Assembly: GCA_963815455.1 (NCBI GenBank)
Contig: CAWFGO010000001.1
Span: forward strand, 640,001 to 704,000
Direction: 5' to 3'
Length of the DNA stretch: 64,000 bases
Source: an uncultured Verrucomicrobiae bacterium
Lineage (GTDB): Bacteria > Verrucomicrobiota > Verrucomicrobiia > Chthoniobacterales > UBA10450
Below, piece after piece: positions 43,560 to 54,145 of this stretch (positions are counted from its first letter, which is position 1; the number at the start of each line of letters is the position of its first letter). The notes beneath the pieces are model-generated. The model did no database searches. It was not told where the DNA came from and saw only the letters and a program-made list of their open reading frames with translations. Made by a program: the position numbers and the translations under genes.

Positions 43560-45710
43560 TTATTGCGATGGCGACGCCGGAAAATAGTAAATGAAAATCG
43601 AATACCCGACCTGATCCAGCAGCGTTGCGTTTTTTAGTAGTCGAGAATAATAATTCTGGAATGGCGGCTCAAAATACGCCCCTTGCAGATTGGTGGCGCT
43701 AATCGCGAAATAACAGGGAGTTTTTACCTCGCTTAATGGGGTTTCGGGCTCGAGTGAATAGCCGCCTGGGACATTAATGTGCTTAATGCGGTGGTAGCGG
43801 GGGTCGGCCATGCCGAAGTAACAAAGGTAAAAGGGCGTTCCCGCGTCCAGCCGCCTGTTATCGAGCCACACTTTCAAACCTTTTAGGTCCTGGCCCCAGT
43901 CGAGATTGGAATCAACCAGACTTTTGTAACCGTTAGGCGGACCGCCGGCTAATTCGTTAAAATAGGCAAGATAATGAGGATAAACGCGCGCGACGTACGG
44001 CCGTTGTGGAATAATGACCACGAACGAACTCATGACGACGGCTGATAACGCGGCCACGGCAATCCATGGTTTGACCCCGGATCGCAGCCTGGCCCATGGC
44101 ACCGCCAGTCCGCCACACATCACGTATAAGAACGGATAAATGGGCAATAAGTGGCGTTGGCCCACGCTAATGCTGGAAGCGAGCGAAACACCCCAATACA
44201 AACCAACCGGAATCAAGAGGGCAGCCAAATCCAAGTGCCATGGTGTGCGCCGCCACAGCGCGAAAACGAGAGCGGCGATAATGGTAGCGATTGTGATAAG
44301 CGGCGTCTTGAGAACAAATGTCCAAAGAAAATAGCTTCCCCTGAATCCAATGCTTGAATGTTCGCCACGCAAGAATGAGGTGCACGTGAGCAGACCTGCT
44401 TCCGCCTCGGCGAGACCGTAGAGATACGCCTGAGGGAGCAGTTTATGGCGATCGAAGAATAGAATGATTTTGCCGCTTCGGTCGAGTGGAGCCGTAGCAA
44501 TTGATTGCTTGATCAATTGCTCGGAGATGTCTCTCCGGCCATCCCGCAATAGCAATTTCATCGCCGCGACTCGCCTGATGGAGGCTTCCAGAGGAAAATA
44601 TCCCGGGACATGTTCGGGCAATTGTTCTGTTAGTTCGTTCGGCGAATTCGACAACACAAGGGCTTCATTTTGCCCGGCCAGGGCCGCGTCTTTTACGGGA
44701 CAGAAACGAAAATCGTACAGGCTCCAAAGGACGCCGTAGCTGAAGAGGGTTGCGAAAATGGATAACCCGACAATGGCCAGCGTCCTGGCCGGCCAGGTAA
44801 CCAGTTTGGCTTCCCTAACCAAAGAGGCGGGCCATTCTTCCTTGGAAAGGATTCGCCCAAGAGCCAACAGGAGAAAGATCGGCAACAACAAGACTGCTGT
44901 AAACTTGCTCCCGAACGCCAGCGCGACGAACCCGGACGTTGCCAGCACGTTGATCAAATCAACACGCCGAAGGGTCCGCCAGAAAAAATAAACCGCGCCA
45001 AACATGAACACAGCGATCCCCAAGTCAGTTGTTATCAATCCACTGTGGGCGATAAAATTGGGATCAAAACAAAACAGGGCAATGGCAAGCACCGCACCCG
45101 CCAGTCCAAAGAGTTCCTTTGCCCAGAGAAAAACCAGCCCTGCAAGCAATATTCCGAGCAGAAGGATGGGCAGGCGGCCCCAAAACAATAGATCATCGGC
45201 ATCGTTGAAAAAGTCAGACGCTTCCAGCGTCGCCGTGGGCGGGATCATTAACGAATCGAAGTACGGGGTATCATCAGCGAAACGCCGGGTGGTTTCGTCT
45301 CGCACGCCGTAAAGAAACGAGTGACCAAACATTAACTCGGATGATTCATGGTCCACCAACCCCATCGCCCAGGCGCGCTGGAGGTGCACGCCGGTGGTTA
45401 TGGCTATGCTTCCCCGTTTGAGGTCCTCAATTTTCTCCGGCTCGGCGGGCGGCGTGGCCACGCGCCGAAATAGCAACGGCACCGCTGCGAGCTTTTTGAT
45501 GAGAGGCGGATGCTCCGGATCCAATCGGTAATCGCCGTACTGCAAGTAACTGTAGCCACAGGGCAAATGGACAACCTCATCGAACGTCGCCGAACTCCCG
45601 CGGGCGAACTGGATCACTAGAAAAGCGAACACAGCACAAAACGCCAAAGCCATTCCCGCCGCCGCAATTGATTCGGAGATGACAAATTTGCGCAGGCGAA
45701 ATGCGATCAC
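43560..45710 (-). CDS. GT-C membrane glycosyltransferase (ArnT/PMT-like)
   Basis: TFDE..H, EHPPL.K, many TM helices, DSNLDWGQD. Confidence 0.8.
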   Translation of the reverse strand: MIAFRLRKFVISESIAAAGMALAFCAVFAFLVIQFARGSSATFDEVVHLPCGYSYLQYGDYRLDPEHPPLIKKLAAVPLLFRRVATPPAEPEKIEDLKRGSIAITTGVHLQRAWAMGLVDHESSELMFGHSFLYGVRDETTRRFADDTPYFDSLMIPPTATLEASDFFNDADDLLFWGRLPILLLGILLAGLVFLWAKELFGLAGAVLAIALFCFDPNFIAHSGLITTDLGIAVFMFGAVYFFWRTLRRVDLINVLATSGFVALAFGSKFTAVLLLPIFLLLALGRILSKEEWPASLVREAKLVTWPARTLAIVGLSIFATLFSYGVLWSLYDFRFCPVKDAALAGQNEALVLSNSPNELTEQLPEHVPGYFPLEASIRRVAAMKLLLRDGRRDISEQLIKQSIATAPLDRSGKIILFFDRHKLLPQAYLYGLAEAEAGLLTCTSFLRGEHSSIGFRGSYFLWTFVLKTPLITIATIIAALVFALWRRTPWHLDLAALLIPVGLYWGVSLASSISVGQRHLLPIYPFLYVMCGGLAVPWARLRSGVKPWIAVAALSAVVMSSFVVIIPQRPYVARVYPHYLAYFNELAGGPPNGYKSLVDSNLDWGQDLKGLKVWLDNRRLDAGTPFYLCYFGMADPRYHRIKHINVPGGYSLEPETPLSEVKTPCYFAISATNLQGAYFEPPFQNYYSRLLKNATLLDQVGYSIFIYYFPASPSQ

Positions 45711-45798
45711 GAGAACGGTGATTCCTCTATAGCGGATGACATCGGATGATCTTACAGGCCGTTCAAATCAAGGGAAGATGACGCCTTCCGCAACACGT

Positions 45799-46731
45799 TC
45801 ACCTCGCGGCTGCGGGAAGATCGAGGATCGCCATGACCGGACGATGATCGCTCGATTGCGTAGAGGTGTTGACCACCCACGCTTTGCGGATGGTCGCGCC
45901 TCGGCAAAAAATGTGATCGAAGCAAGTGGCGGGAAAGCCTTTGCCGGAGGGTAAACTTACCCGGGCACTGGGCTGGATGTCCTTCCAGCTCCAGGAAAAG
46001 CCGTTGTCGATCCAGCCTCGAAGGGTCTTCTCGGCCGCGAACTGTTTATCTTCCATGGAAGTATTAAAGTCGCCGCCCACAACCCACGCGATGTTGCCAA
46101 GTTTGCCGTAAGCGGCCTGCATCGCATCCATATGCGAACGCAATTGTCGCATCGATTCCTCGCGCATCGACACGTTTTCCTGGCTATTGCCAAGGTTGCT
46201 CTTGAGATGCAGCGCGTAAACCATGAGCAATTGGTGCGGCGAAATTTGGTAGGCGGCAAACGCGAACCCGCGGGGAGGAACGATGGTGCCGTTCGCCTGC
46301 CAGAGCTCGGCCCACGCGCTTAGCGGCTGCAACCGGCTGGCGATGGCCACTTCCTGGGCCTCGGTTTGCCCTTCGCGCGGTGGGAAATTGGCGCAAACAT
46401 CTACTTTGAATCCGGCCAGCGGTTTCACCGCTACGCCGGCCTGCTCGAAATTGCGCACTTCTTCCATGCCGATAACGTCGACCGGGCCGAGTTTCGCCAT
46501 GTCGGCGTGAACCATGCCGGTTTGGCGGGTTTCTTCCATGCTCGTAGGATTGGGATGACCCCCGGGAAACCATTGAATGTTCCAGAAGGCCACCGTGATG
46601 GTTCGATTTCCGGCGGCAACGGAACCGGGCTGCGATGAAAACGGCCATGGACTTGTCTGCGCGCCGATGGTTGCTGCGAAAAGCGCCGAGATGGCGATGA
46701 ATATTGAACGAGCAAGGGATTGGCGTGTCAT
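45799..46731 (-). CDS. Secreted endonuclease/exonuclease/phosphatase family protein
   Basis: WNI, MEEV, HLKS, GDFN, DHI, SDHRPV. Confidence 0.85.
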   Translation of the reverse strand: MTRQSLARSIFIAISALFAATIGAQTSPWPFSSQPGSVAAGNRTITVAFWNIQWFPGGHPNPTSMEETRQTGMVHADMAKLGPVDVIGMEEVRNFEQAGVAVKPLAGFKVDVCANFPPREGQTEAQEVAIASRLQPLSAWAELWQANGTIVPPRGFAFAAYQISPHQLLMVYALHLKSNLGNSQENVSMREESMRQLRSHMDAMQAAYGKLGNIAWVVGGDFNTSMEDKQFAAEKTLRGWIDNGFSWSWKDIQPSARVSLPSGKGFPATCFDHIFCRGATIRKAWVVNTSTQSSDHRPVMAILDLPAAAR

Positions 46732-46936
46732 TAATTGAATATGGGGTTGAGGACGAAAAATGGAGTTTATAGGGAAAAATCGTTGACTAAAGGGAATTTG
46801 CCGGGAAGTTGGGGGACTCTTTTAGGGCGCACCTGAAAAACTCATCGCGATTGGCGCGCGTCTGTGTCGTCGCAATCGAATCAATAGCGAGGGAATTGCC
46901 TTCGTTTCCAGCGTCGCGTCGCAGCCTGTTAAGAAA

Positions 46937-47807
46937 ATGAAACCTGGAACCATTACTCATACAATCGCGGCATTGCTGTCGTCTATTTCATCTTTGTTTG
47001 CCCACTCGGCACCGGCCAAAGTCGGACCGTCTCAAATCAAGCTGAGCAAGAAGTCGGACAGATTAAACGACGACCTCGTGCTCAACACCGATTCAGTCGC
47101 GTTCGCACCGCGGCATTTGTCACCGCCGCCACCGCCGCGAAAAGGGGACGACCGTTACCCGTGGAAACGGCAGATCGTGACAACGGTATTTTGGATTGGC
47201 GAGAAGCCGAGCGAGAATAATCCGGTCCCAAATCGATCGAGCTCGTGGGACAAGGATTGGACGAAAAGCTATGGCGGATATGACGATCCGAACCCGGCGC
47301 ATCGAAGCAATTACATTCCGGCGAAATTCACGCCTCGACAGAATCCGTTCTACTGCGCGTTGCCATACAACGATAAAAAAACAAACGGCCACCGGCCCGA
47401 AGCGCCGCGGGTCGTTCCGTGGTTCCGGGAAGCGTATCAGGGCCCGGGCGTGTCCACCTGCAAAGGGCCGCTGGGTAGCGATTCACAAGGGCAATCGAGT
47501 GGTCTACGCCCAATGGGAAGATGCGGGACCTTTTCGCACCGATCACTGGCAATACGTCTTCGGCAACGAACGGCCAAAACCGAACCTGAATAAAGGCGCC
47601 GGGCTCGATGTTTCGCCCGCCGTGCGCGACTACCTCGGTCTTCAGGATACGGACGTGACGGACTGGAAGTTTGTCGATTTCAACGAGGTGCCGCGCGGCC
47701 CGTGGTCGCAGTTCGGCGGGAATAATACGTTCGTCATTAACGATCAGAACAAGAGCACGGCTGTGGCCGAAGCAGCGAAACCGCCCAGTCCATTTACGTT
47801 GAGATAG
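46937..47807 (+). CDS. Secreted hypothetical protein, possible RlpA-like double-psi beta-barrel (frameshift near 47465)
   Basis: NPFYCALPY, KGRWVAI, QWEDAGPF, GLDVSPAV..YLG. Confidence 0.65.
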
Positions 47808-47845
47808 TATTGCCGAGAGGTTGTCGATCTTGTTAGCCTCGGCGG

Positions 47846-48632
47846 ATGCGACTTCTAAAATCTCTTGCCGTTATTATCCTTGTTTGCAGAGCCGCGGACA
47901 CTCTGTGCGCACAGTCAGGCGACTTGCAACCGGCCATGATCGCGCAGGGCGGCGATTCGGTTGCGACGAAACTTCATTATCCAGAAAAAGCGAAAGCCCA
48001 GAGAAAAGAGGCAGCGGTTCAATTTTATTGCGAGGTCGGTCCGGCTGGACAGACGCGGCATCGAGAACGATGTCGTCGCCGAAGACAACGTTCGGCCCTT
48101 TCCGGAACGCAGTTCAGAAGGCCTGCAGCAAGGCCGGTTCGACCGGCGCGAGTTGGCGGCAAGGCCGTCACGGTAATGTTCGGAGGCACTGTTTTTTTCC
48201 TCAGCTGGAAAGGCCAGCCCACGATGCTTGTTTCGCTAACAAGCGCGGACAAGGACAAGGCCGCCGCGGTGCAAACTACATCGCAGCCCCAGATGCTGCG
48301 CAGTTATGCCGAATTGGAACGGGGAATCAATGCCTGGTGGAACCTGGTAAGCTAGACCGCGGCCGCTGATATAATCCGCGGCGGAGCCGATGCAGCGGAA
48401 GTAATGTTGTCGGTTGACGCGAACGGCAATCTAACCGGAACCAAAATCACGTTCGAGACATCATCCAAACGGCGGTCTGGGAGCCGTCGTGGCAAAAGCC
48501 TGTGAAGGGGCGAAATTCATTCCGGCTTTGGCAAACGGTAAACGCGTTGCGGGTCAAATGAATCTACCGGTCAATTTCAAGATGGTTCGGGTTCCGGGGG
48601 AGATGCGGCGCACCGACCACTCGTGGGATTAA
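47846..48632 (+). CDS. TonB C-terminal-domain protein with two domains (heavily frameshifted)
   Basis: LHYPEKAK, F.PARVGGKAV, and a second VDANG...KFIPA.ANGKRV segment. Confidence 0.6.
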
Positions 48633-48715
48633 GTCATCACCCGTGACTCCAATAGAGGGGCGGCAAAGCGGATTGTTCGACGTCAGGTTGCCTGCTACCT
48701 AACGCGAAATCGCCA

Positions 48716-48985
48716 TTATTTCGATGCGGCCGGGGCATCGGGAGCGGACGCTGGATGATGCGCCCGTTCGCCGCTCAAACGCGAGAATAGCAAGAAGAAG
48801 CCGGCAATCGAAGCCGCCAGCACTATTACCAGGAAAAATATGCTGATCGTCCGAATGATACCGTAGCGCGCCTGTGCCCGTTGCCAGGCGGCGCGCTTCT
48901 GGAGCAGCTCCAGCTCGAGAACGCGGGCCAGATCGCCTGGATCACTTTTCACGGATTCAGTCTTGCCGGGGGTATCGGGAATCAT
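48716..48985 (-). CDS. Small membrane protein
   Basis: 89 aa with one TM helix. Confidence 0.55.
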   Translation of the reverse strand: MIPDTPGKTESVKSDPGDLARVLELELLQKRAAWQRAQARYGIIRTISIFFLVIVLAASIAGFFLLFSRLSGERAHHPASAPDAPAASK

Positions 48986-49008
48986 TCAAAAGAGATCCTG
49001 CAAGTCAT

Positions 49009-49683
49009 ATGCCTGATAGACGAAAATTCCTGGCCTACACCCTCCCGATGGTGGTCTTCGTCGTTTTGATGGGGCTGAGCAGCCTCCTGCATAAGACTGG
49101 AAGCCATTTCCTGTTGAGCGCCGCGGAATACTGGATTTATCCGGCTCAAGCCATTTTGTGCGGCGCGCTCCTGATCTGGTTTTACCGGGACTATCAGTTT
49201 CAACGGCCGCAGCGCGTGGGCTTCGCCGTGGGTATCGGTATCGCGGTTTTTCTTCTCTGGATCGCGCCGCAATGGCTGCTGGGCTTTTCCTCGCGTTCAG
49301 ATGGGTTTAATCCCGACCTTTTCGCCGCAAATCCACCCGCTTATTGGGCAACCGTAGGATTTCGATTCCTCCGGCTGGCGGTGGTGGTGCCCTTCATCGA
49401 AGAGATTTTTTGGCGCGGTTTTCTATTGCGCTATTTCATTAACGAAGATTTCGAGCGCGTGCCATTCGGCACCTTTTCCTGGCTGTCCTTCGCGATCGTA
49501 ACCCTTATTTTCGGCCTTTCTCACTCCTTCCCCGACTGGCCCGCCGCGCTGTTGACCGGCGCTATTTACAATGTCGTCGCATACCGGACTCGGAGCCTCT
49601 CCGCCTGCATTCTGACTCACGCCGTTACAAATTTACTGCTCGGTCTCTGGATCATGCAGACCAAACAATGGGGGTTCTGGTAA
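49009..49683 (+). CDS. CPBP (CAAX prenyl protease-related) intramembrane protease
   Basis: EEIFWRG, F..SH, H..TN motifs. Confidence 0.85.
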   Translation: MPDRRKFLAYTLPMVVFVVLMGLSSLLHKTGSHFLLSAAEYWIYPAQAILCGALLIWFYRDYQFQRPQRVGFAVGIGIAVFLLWIAPQWLLGFSSRSDGFNPDLFAANPPAYWATVGFRFLRLAVVVPFIEEIFWRGFLLRYFINEDFERVPFGTFSWLSFAIVTLIFGLSHSFPDWPAALLTGAIYNVVAYRTRSLSACILTHAVTNLLLGLWIMQTKQWGFW

Positions 49684-49752
49684 ACGAGCCAGCCAGCTGC
49701 CGCAGCCCGGCCGGGCAAGTGTGGCATCGACCGTGCTGTTAAAACGGCCTAA

Positions 49753-49911
49753 ATGCACGCCACGTTCTTCCAAAAAGTAATCCTTTGCGCGATTGCGGGA
49801 TTTCTTGCCGCGTCACTGATTCAGTGGGGCAAGGTATTCGTGGAGGGGGCTGATAAAGCTCTGAACGAGGGTTATCAGCATCACGCCGTAATCGGGCCGA
49901 GCAACCCTTGA
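49753..49911 (+). CDS. Possible 52-aa small membrane protein
   Basis: Manual translation MHATFFQKVILCAIAGFLAASLIQWGKVFV...; fills an intergenic gap. Confidence 0.35.
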   Translation: MHATFFQKVILCAIAGFLAASLIQWGKVFVEGADKALNEGYQHHAVIGPSNP

Positions 49912-49975
49912 ACCACTCCTAGCGGTAAAAGACTATTGCCGCGAGCGGCATTGCGCATAATCTGCGGAACGCTGC

Positions 49976-51628
49976 ATGAAGATCGGTTTTGCTCAGCTCA
50001 ATCCTACCGTGGGCGATTTGAGCGGCAATTATGAGTTAATCCTGCGCGCCTATGAGCGGCTGGTCGCCGATGGCGCCGAACTCGTCCTGACGCCTGAGTT
50101 GGCCATCCCCGGTTATCCGCCCCAGGATCTGATTTTCAAATCGCGTTTTGTTCCTGAGAATCTACAAATCGTCGAGCAACTTCACGCCCGGGTAGGGAAA
50201 GTGCCGTTGCTCGTGGGCTTCGTCGATCGCAATGAGGGCCGGGGCAAGCCGTTCCACAATGCCGCCGCGTTGCTTCAGAAAGGCAAACCGGTTCGCAAAG
50301 CGCACAAATCGCTCCTCCCCACTTACGACGTTTTCGATGAGGACCGCTATTTTGAACCGGCCAGTCGTGTGCAGGCGTTCGATCTCGATGGGAAAAAGAT
50401 CGGAGTCACGATCTGCGAGGATATTTGGACCGAACATTATTTGCCCCGGCCGTTGTACGATGTCGAACCGGTCCGCGCCCTGATCGATCAGGGGGCGGAG
50501 ATCATTGTCAATTTGAGCGCGTCGCCGTTCAGCCTGCATAAGCCCGGAATCCGGCACGAAATGGTCGCATCCCTGGCCCGCGCTTACCACCGGCCGATCT
50601 GTTATTGCAACGCCGTAGGCGGCAACGATCAACTGGTGTTCGATGGTAATTCCATCGCGGCCAATTCCGCCGGCAAATTGATCGCGCAGCTGCCAGCGTT
50701 TCGCGAACAGGGAGTGGTCGTCGATACCGAGGCCACGTCCACGATCGAATTTCGTGAAGGCAAGACACCGGAGGTCCTTTTCGCTGCGCTTTCCCTTGGT
50801 GTTCGCGATTATTTTCGGAAATGCGGCTTCCACTCCGCGGTGCTTGGTCTGAGCGGTGGAATTGATTCCGCGGTCACAGCCGTGATCGCGGTCGACGCGC
50901 TCGGCGCAGAAAACGTGACCGGCGTTTCGATGCCCAGTCCCTACTCTTCACGAGGCAGCGTGGACGATGCCGCCGCCCTCGCCCGCAATCTCGGGATAAA
51001 GTTTTTCGAGATCCCGATCACCGAGTCGTTCAAAGTGTTCAAATCGCAATTCAAGGAGATCTTCAAAGGGCTGCCCGAAGACACGACCGAGGAAAACATG
51101 CAACCGCGTTTGCGGGCGATGACTTTGATGGCGCTCTCGAACAAGTTTGGTCATTTGTTGCTGACTACCGGCAACAAGAGCGAGTTGGCCGTCGGCTATT
51201 GCACAATTTACGGCGACATGGCCGGTGGCCTGGCCGTGATCAGCGACGTGCCCAAAACAATGATTTACGACCTCGCCCGCTGGATCAATTCCGACCACGC
51301 ACCCCAAGCCGGTGGCGAGAAGGAACTCATTCCAACATCGACAATCGAAAAACCGCCGAGCGCCGAGTTGAAGCCGAACCAGGTCGATCAGGACACGCTC
51401 CCGCCCTACGACGTTCTCGACGAAATCCTACGACTATACGTCGAAGAGAACTTGAGTGCGCGCGACATCATTACCCATGGATTCGATGAAAAAACGGTCC
51501 GCTGGGTCCAACGCCGGGTCGATCTAAACGAATACAAACGCGAGCAAGCCGCGCCCGGTCTGAAAGTAACCAGCCGCGCCTTCGGTGTCGGCCGCCGTAT
51601 GCCGATCGCGCAGAAGTACGTCGACTAA
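49976..51628 (+). CDS. nadE: Glutamine-dependent NAD+ synthetase
   Basis: Nitrilase domain (PEL, K..LP.Y..FDE.RYF, ICED) plus GLSGGIDS, TGNKSE, PPSAEL. Confidence 0.95.
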   Translation: MKIGFAQLNPTVGDLSGNYELILRAYERLVADGAELVLTPELAIPGYPPQDLIFKSRFVPENLQIVEQLHARVGKVPLLVGFVDRNEGRGKPFHNAAALLQKGKPVRKAHKSLLPTYDVFDEDRYFEPASRVQAFDLDGKKIGVTICEDIWTEHYLPRPLYDVEPVRALIDQGAEIIVNLSASPFSLHKPGIRHEMVASLARAYHRPICYCNAVGGNDQLVFDGNSIAANSAGKLIAQLPAFREQGVVVDTEATSTIEFREGKTPEVLFAALSLGVRDYFRKCGFHSAVLGLSGGIDSAVTAVIAVDALGAENVTGVSMPSPYSSRGSVDDAAALARNLGIKFFEIPITESFKVFKSQFKEIFKGLPEDTTEENMQPRLRAMTLMALSNKFGHLLLTTGNKSELAVGYCTIYGDMAGGLAVISDVPKTMIYDLARWINSDHAPQAGGEKELIPTSTIEKPPSAELKPNQVDQDTLPPYDVLDEILRLYVEENLSARDIITHGFDEKTVRWVQRRVDLNEYKREQAAPGLKVTSRAFGVGRRMPIAQKYVD

Positions 51629-51659
51629 TTTTTCGGAGTGCGGCGGCACGTCGCCCCTT

Positions 51660-51975
51660 TAGAGCGCGGACGCTCAATGTCGCGGAATTGACCCAGCCGC
51701 TTTTGCAGCACCCGATGATAAAGAAAAACCAGTGCATTGAGCGCTTCCTTCTGGGTGTTGGTGGAAACGTTTTCGCCCACCGCCAGATGCGTAAGATAAA
51801 GCTCCACCTCTAGTGCTCCCATTTCCCGAGGATGTTTTTTGCCGTGAAAGAGAATAAACCGGCAAATCCAGCCTACATATGCCTCTTCCGTCCGCTTGGA
51901 ATAATGATTCATCCGCAATACGTCGCGGACGTGGTCGAGCAACCTGCGCGGCGGCGGTGCTGGATTGGGAATCGC
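51660..51975 (-). pseudogene. intI: Truncated integron integrase (N-terminal SAM-like domain only)
   Basis: LLDHVRDVLRMNHYSKRTEEAYVGWI.RFILFH.KKHP.EMG..EV..YLTHLA....VS..TQ..ALNALVFLY..VL; catalytic domain absent. Confidence 0.85.
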
Positions 51976-52039
51976 TTTTCGAGCCAACTGCTGGCCGCCG
52001 GTACTGAAAGGCTGAAGGATGAAATGAAAGCTAAGCTCG

Positions 52040-52076
52040 CTCACGCCAGCGGTCGCAGAGCTCGTTCTCGTTAGAC
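52040..52076 (+). other. attC remnant (3' half)
   Basis: GCGGTCGCAGAGCTCGTTCTC followed by GTTAGAC (GTTRRRY) directly before a cassette ORF. Confidence 0.55.
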
Positions 52077-52093
52077 GTTGCTAAGGGCCTCGT

Positions 52094-52594
52094 GTGAATG
52101 AAAGCTATCTCGCCATCGTGAGTTCGATAATCTATCGCCAGGTTCACCCGTCGGAGACCGCTGCGGTGTCCTCTCTTGCGCGCGGGGTGTTCGACAAGTT
52201 TGTCGCACCGCATTACCAGACCGAGGGCATTGCGGAGTTTCACCGCTACGCTTCTGTCGAGGCCCTTTCGCAGCGTCACGAGTCCGGTCACATCACCTTA
52301 GTTGCCGAGCACTCAGGCGAGTTGATCGGCATGCTCCATTTGCGGGAGCCTTGCCACGTTTCCATGCTCTTTGTTCAGTCTTCCCGCCAGCGCGGCGGCA
52401 TTGGTCGTGGGCTGCTCGCTGCTGCGGGTGCTCTAGCTGGCGATACGGATTGCGAATTCACTGTCAGTTCTTCACCGAATGCCGTTTCTGCCTACGAGCG
52501 TTTGGGTTTTCGTATCACTGGCTCGGAGCAGTGCGTCCACGGCATTCGCTTTGTGCCCATGCAACGTCTCTCGCACAATGACCGCAACACCTGA
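52094..52594 (+). CDS. GNAT N-acetyltransferase (integron cassette)
   Basis: LFV....QRGGIGRGLL, SSPNAV.AYERLGF. Confidence 0.85.
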   Translation: MNESYLAIVSSIIYRQVHPSETAAVSSLARGVFDKFVAPHYQTEGIAEFHRYASVEALSQRHESGHITLVAEHSGELIGMLHLREPCHVSMLFVQSSRQRGGIGRGLLAAAGALAGDTDCEFTVSSSPNAVSAYERLGFRITGSEQCVHGIRFVPMQRLSHNDRNT

Positions 52595-52654
52595 CCATTT
52601 CCGCACCGAGCGGCGCGCCCTCGTCCGCTGCCGCTCACGTTGTTCTCGTTAGGC
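52589..52654 (+). other. Degenerate attC site
   Basis: R''-like ACCTGAC overlapping the GNAT stop; ends GTTCTC-GTTAGGC (GTTRRRY). Confidence 0.55.
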
Positions 52655-52681
52655 GTTAACAGCATATTGGCACGTAATTAA

Positions 52682-53149
52682 ATGGTTAGAGGCTTGAGCG
52701 CTGCGAAGGTCGATTTGAAACCTGGCATTTACGTTGGTGCGGGGGTCGCGACGCTGCTTCTGCTTTTGCCATATGTAAATCTAATCTTCCTGCCCGCTTA
52801 CGTTCTCGGCCCCATGGCAGGGGTGTGGTTTGAACTGAGGCGCCGTGATCAGCACCTCGACTTCACGCACGCAGCGCTGGTCGGGTTTTACAGCCCGTTT
52901 TACGGCACAATCGCAGCCATCGCTATCAATCAGATTGCGCTGCATTTCATGCGGGAACAGCTGTGGCGCTTCGAAAAAATTTATCTTCTGCCGCCGCTGC
53001 TCGCCAGCAAGGGTCTGGATTCCGATACGCCAGGTGGCTGGTATCTCTTAATGGTTCAGATAGTCATTATCGCCATTTTCGCTGGCGCGGTTGGAGTGCC
53101 TTCAGGCATACTGGGAGTCAAGCTCTTGCAGCGATCCTCCCGACCCTAA
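52682..53149 (+). CDS. Membrane protein (probable second integron cassette)
   Basis: 155 aa, about 4 TM; begins 27 bp after GTTAGGC; ends CCCTAAT (R''-like). Confidence 0.6.
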   Translation: MVRGLSAAKVDLKPGIYVGAGVATLLLLLPYVNLIFLPAYVLGPMAGVWFELRRRDQHLDFTHAALVGFYSPFYGTIAAIAINQIALHFMREQLWRFEKIYLLPPLLASKGLDSDTPGGWYLLMVQIVIIAIFAGAVGVPSGILGVKLLQRSSRP

Positions 53150-53312
53150 TAGGTAAATTTTAAGATCGTGGTGGCATAGGCTTGTGAGGTTTGGCATTGG
53201 CGCTGAATTTTCTGGTGGATTGTTCAGCCCCGAAAGCCTTCCGGGCAGGCGGCCATGCTCCTATCCGCCGGAAGCCAGTTGGAGAAGCAACCGGAGCTGG
53301 GCAATGTGAGGT

Positions 53313-54003
53313 TCAACCGAACAGGTTGTATCGCAAAATGGCGTAAACGGCACGGATGCCGTCTTTCCAGTTCACTTTCTTCCCCTCTGCGTAAGTGCGC
53401 CCGCTATAGGAAATACCGACCTCATAAATTCGACACCGCGCTTTGGCCAGCCTGGCTGCGATTTCCACTTCGAATCCGAAACGATTCTCTCGAAGATCGA
53501 GATTCTTGACCAGCGACGCGCGGAAAGCTTTGTAGCCGGTCTCGACGTCGGTCAGGTTCAGGTTTGTCAGCATGTTCGAAAGCAGCGTCAGAAACTTGTT
53601 CCCGAGCATGTGCCAGAAATAAAGGACGCGATGCGGCCGGCCACTTACGAAACGAGAACCAAAAACAGCGTCGGCTTCGCCGGAAAAAATCGGGTCGAGC
53701 AGAGCCGAATAATCGGCCGGATCGTATTCGAGGTCGGCATCCTGGATCAGGATCACCTCGCCGGTGGCGGCAGCGAAACCGGCGCGAAGGGCTGCGCCTT
53801 TGCCGGAATTGTGCGGCTGGTAAATAACTCGATCGACAAGTGGCGCGATTTTTTCTTTTAACACGGCAGTCGTTCCATCGGTGGAGCCATCGTCGACCAC
53901 AATGATTTCCCGATCCTCCAGCGGCGAAGAGCGAATCGCTGCGACGATTTGCTCGATCGTCTCGCGCTCGTTAAAGCAAGGAACAATGACAGAGACCTTC
54001 ATG
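53313..54003 (-). CDS. Glycosyltransferase family 2 (DPM1-like)
   Basis: SVIVPCFNE, VDDGSTDGT, GKGAA, QDADLEYDP, GSRF. Confidence 0.92.
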
Positions 54004-54072
54004 GTGATTCGATTCCGCACACACCGATCCCAGATTGAATTGTCGATCTTGAGCCCGGCAAGCAGGAACTTT

Positions 54073-54145
54073 TGCACCGTGGAGGAATCGAACCTCCAAC
54101 CCAGTGATTAAGAGTCACTTGCTCTGCCAATTGAGCTAACGGTGC
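54073..54145 (-). tRNA. tRNA-Lys (anticodon CTT), CCA not encoded
   Basis: Reverse complement GCACCGTTAGCTCAATTGGCAGAGCAAGTGACTCTTAATCACTGGGTTGGAGGTTCGATTCCTCCACGGTGCA folds into a cloverleaf. Confidence 0.95.

Noticed and set aside
46780..46936. Possible c-di-AMP (ydaO) riboswitch upstream of the RlpA-like gene
   Set aside because: Only a GGGGGA...GGGCG resemblance; the downstream conserved elements were not seen
53313..54145. tRNA-Lys as the integration site of an island containing the integron remnant
   Set aside because: No duplicated tRNA 3' end or intact integrase was found
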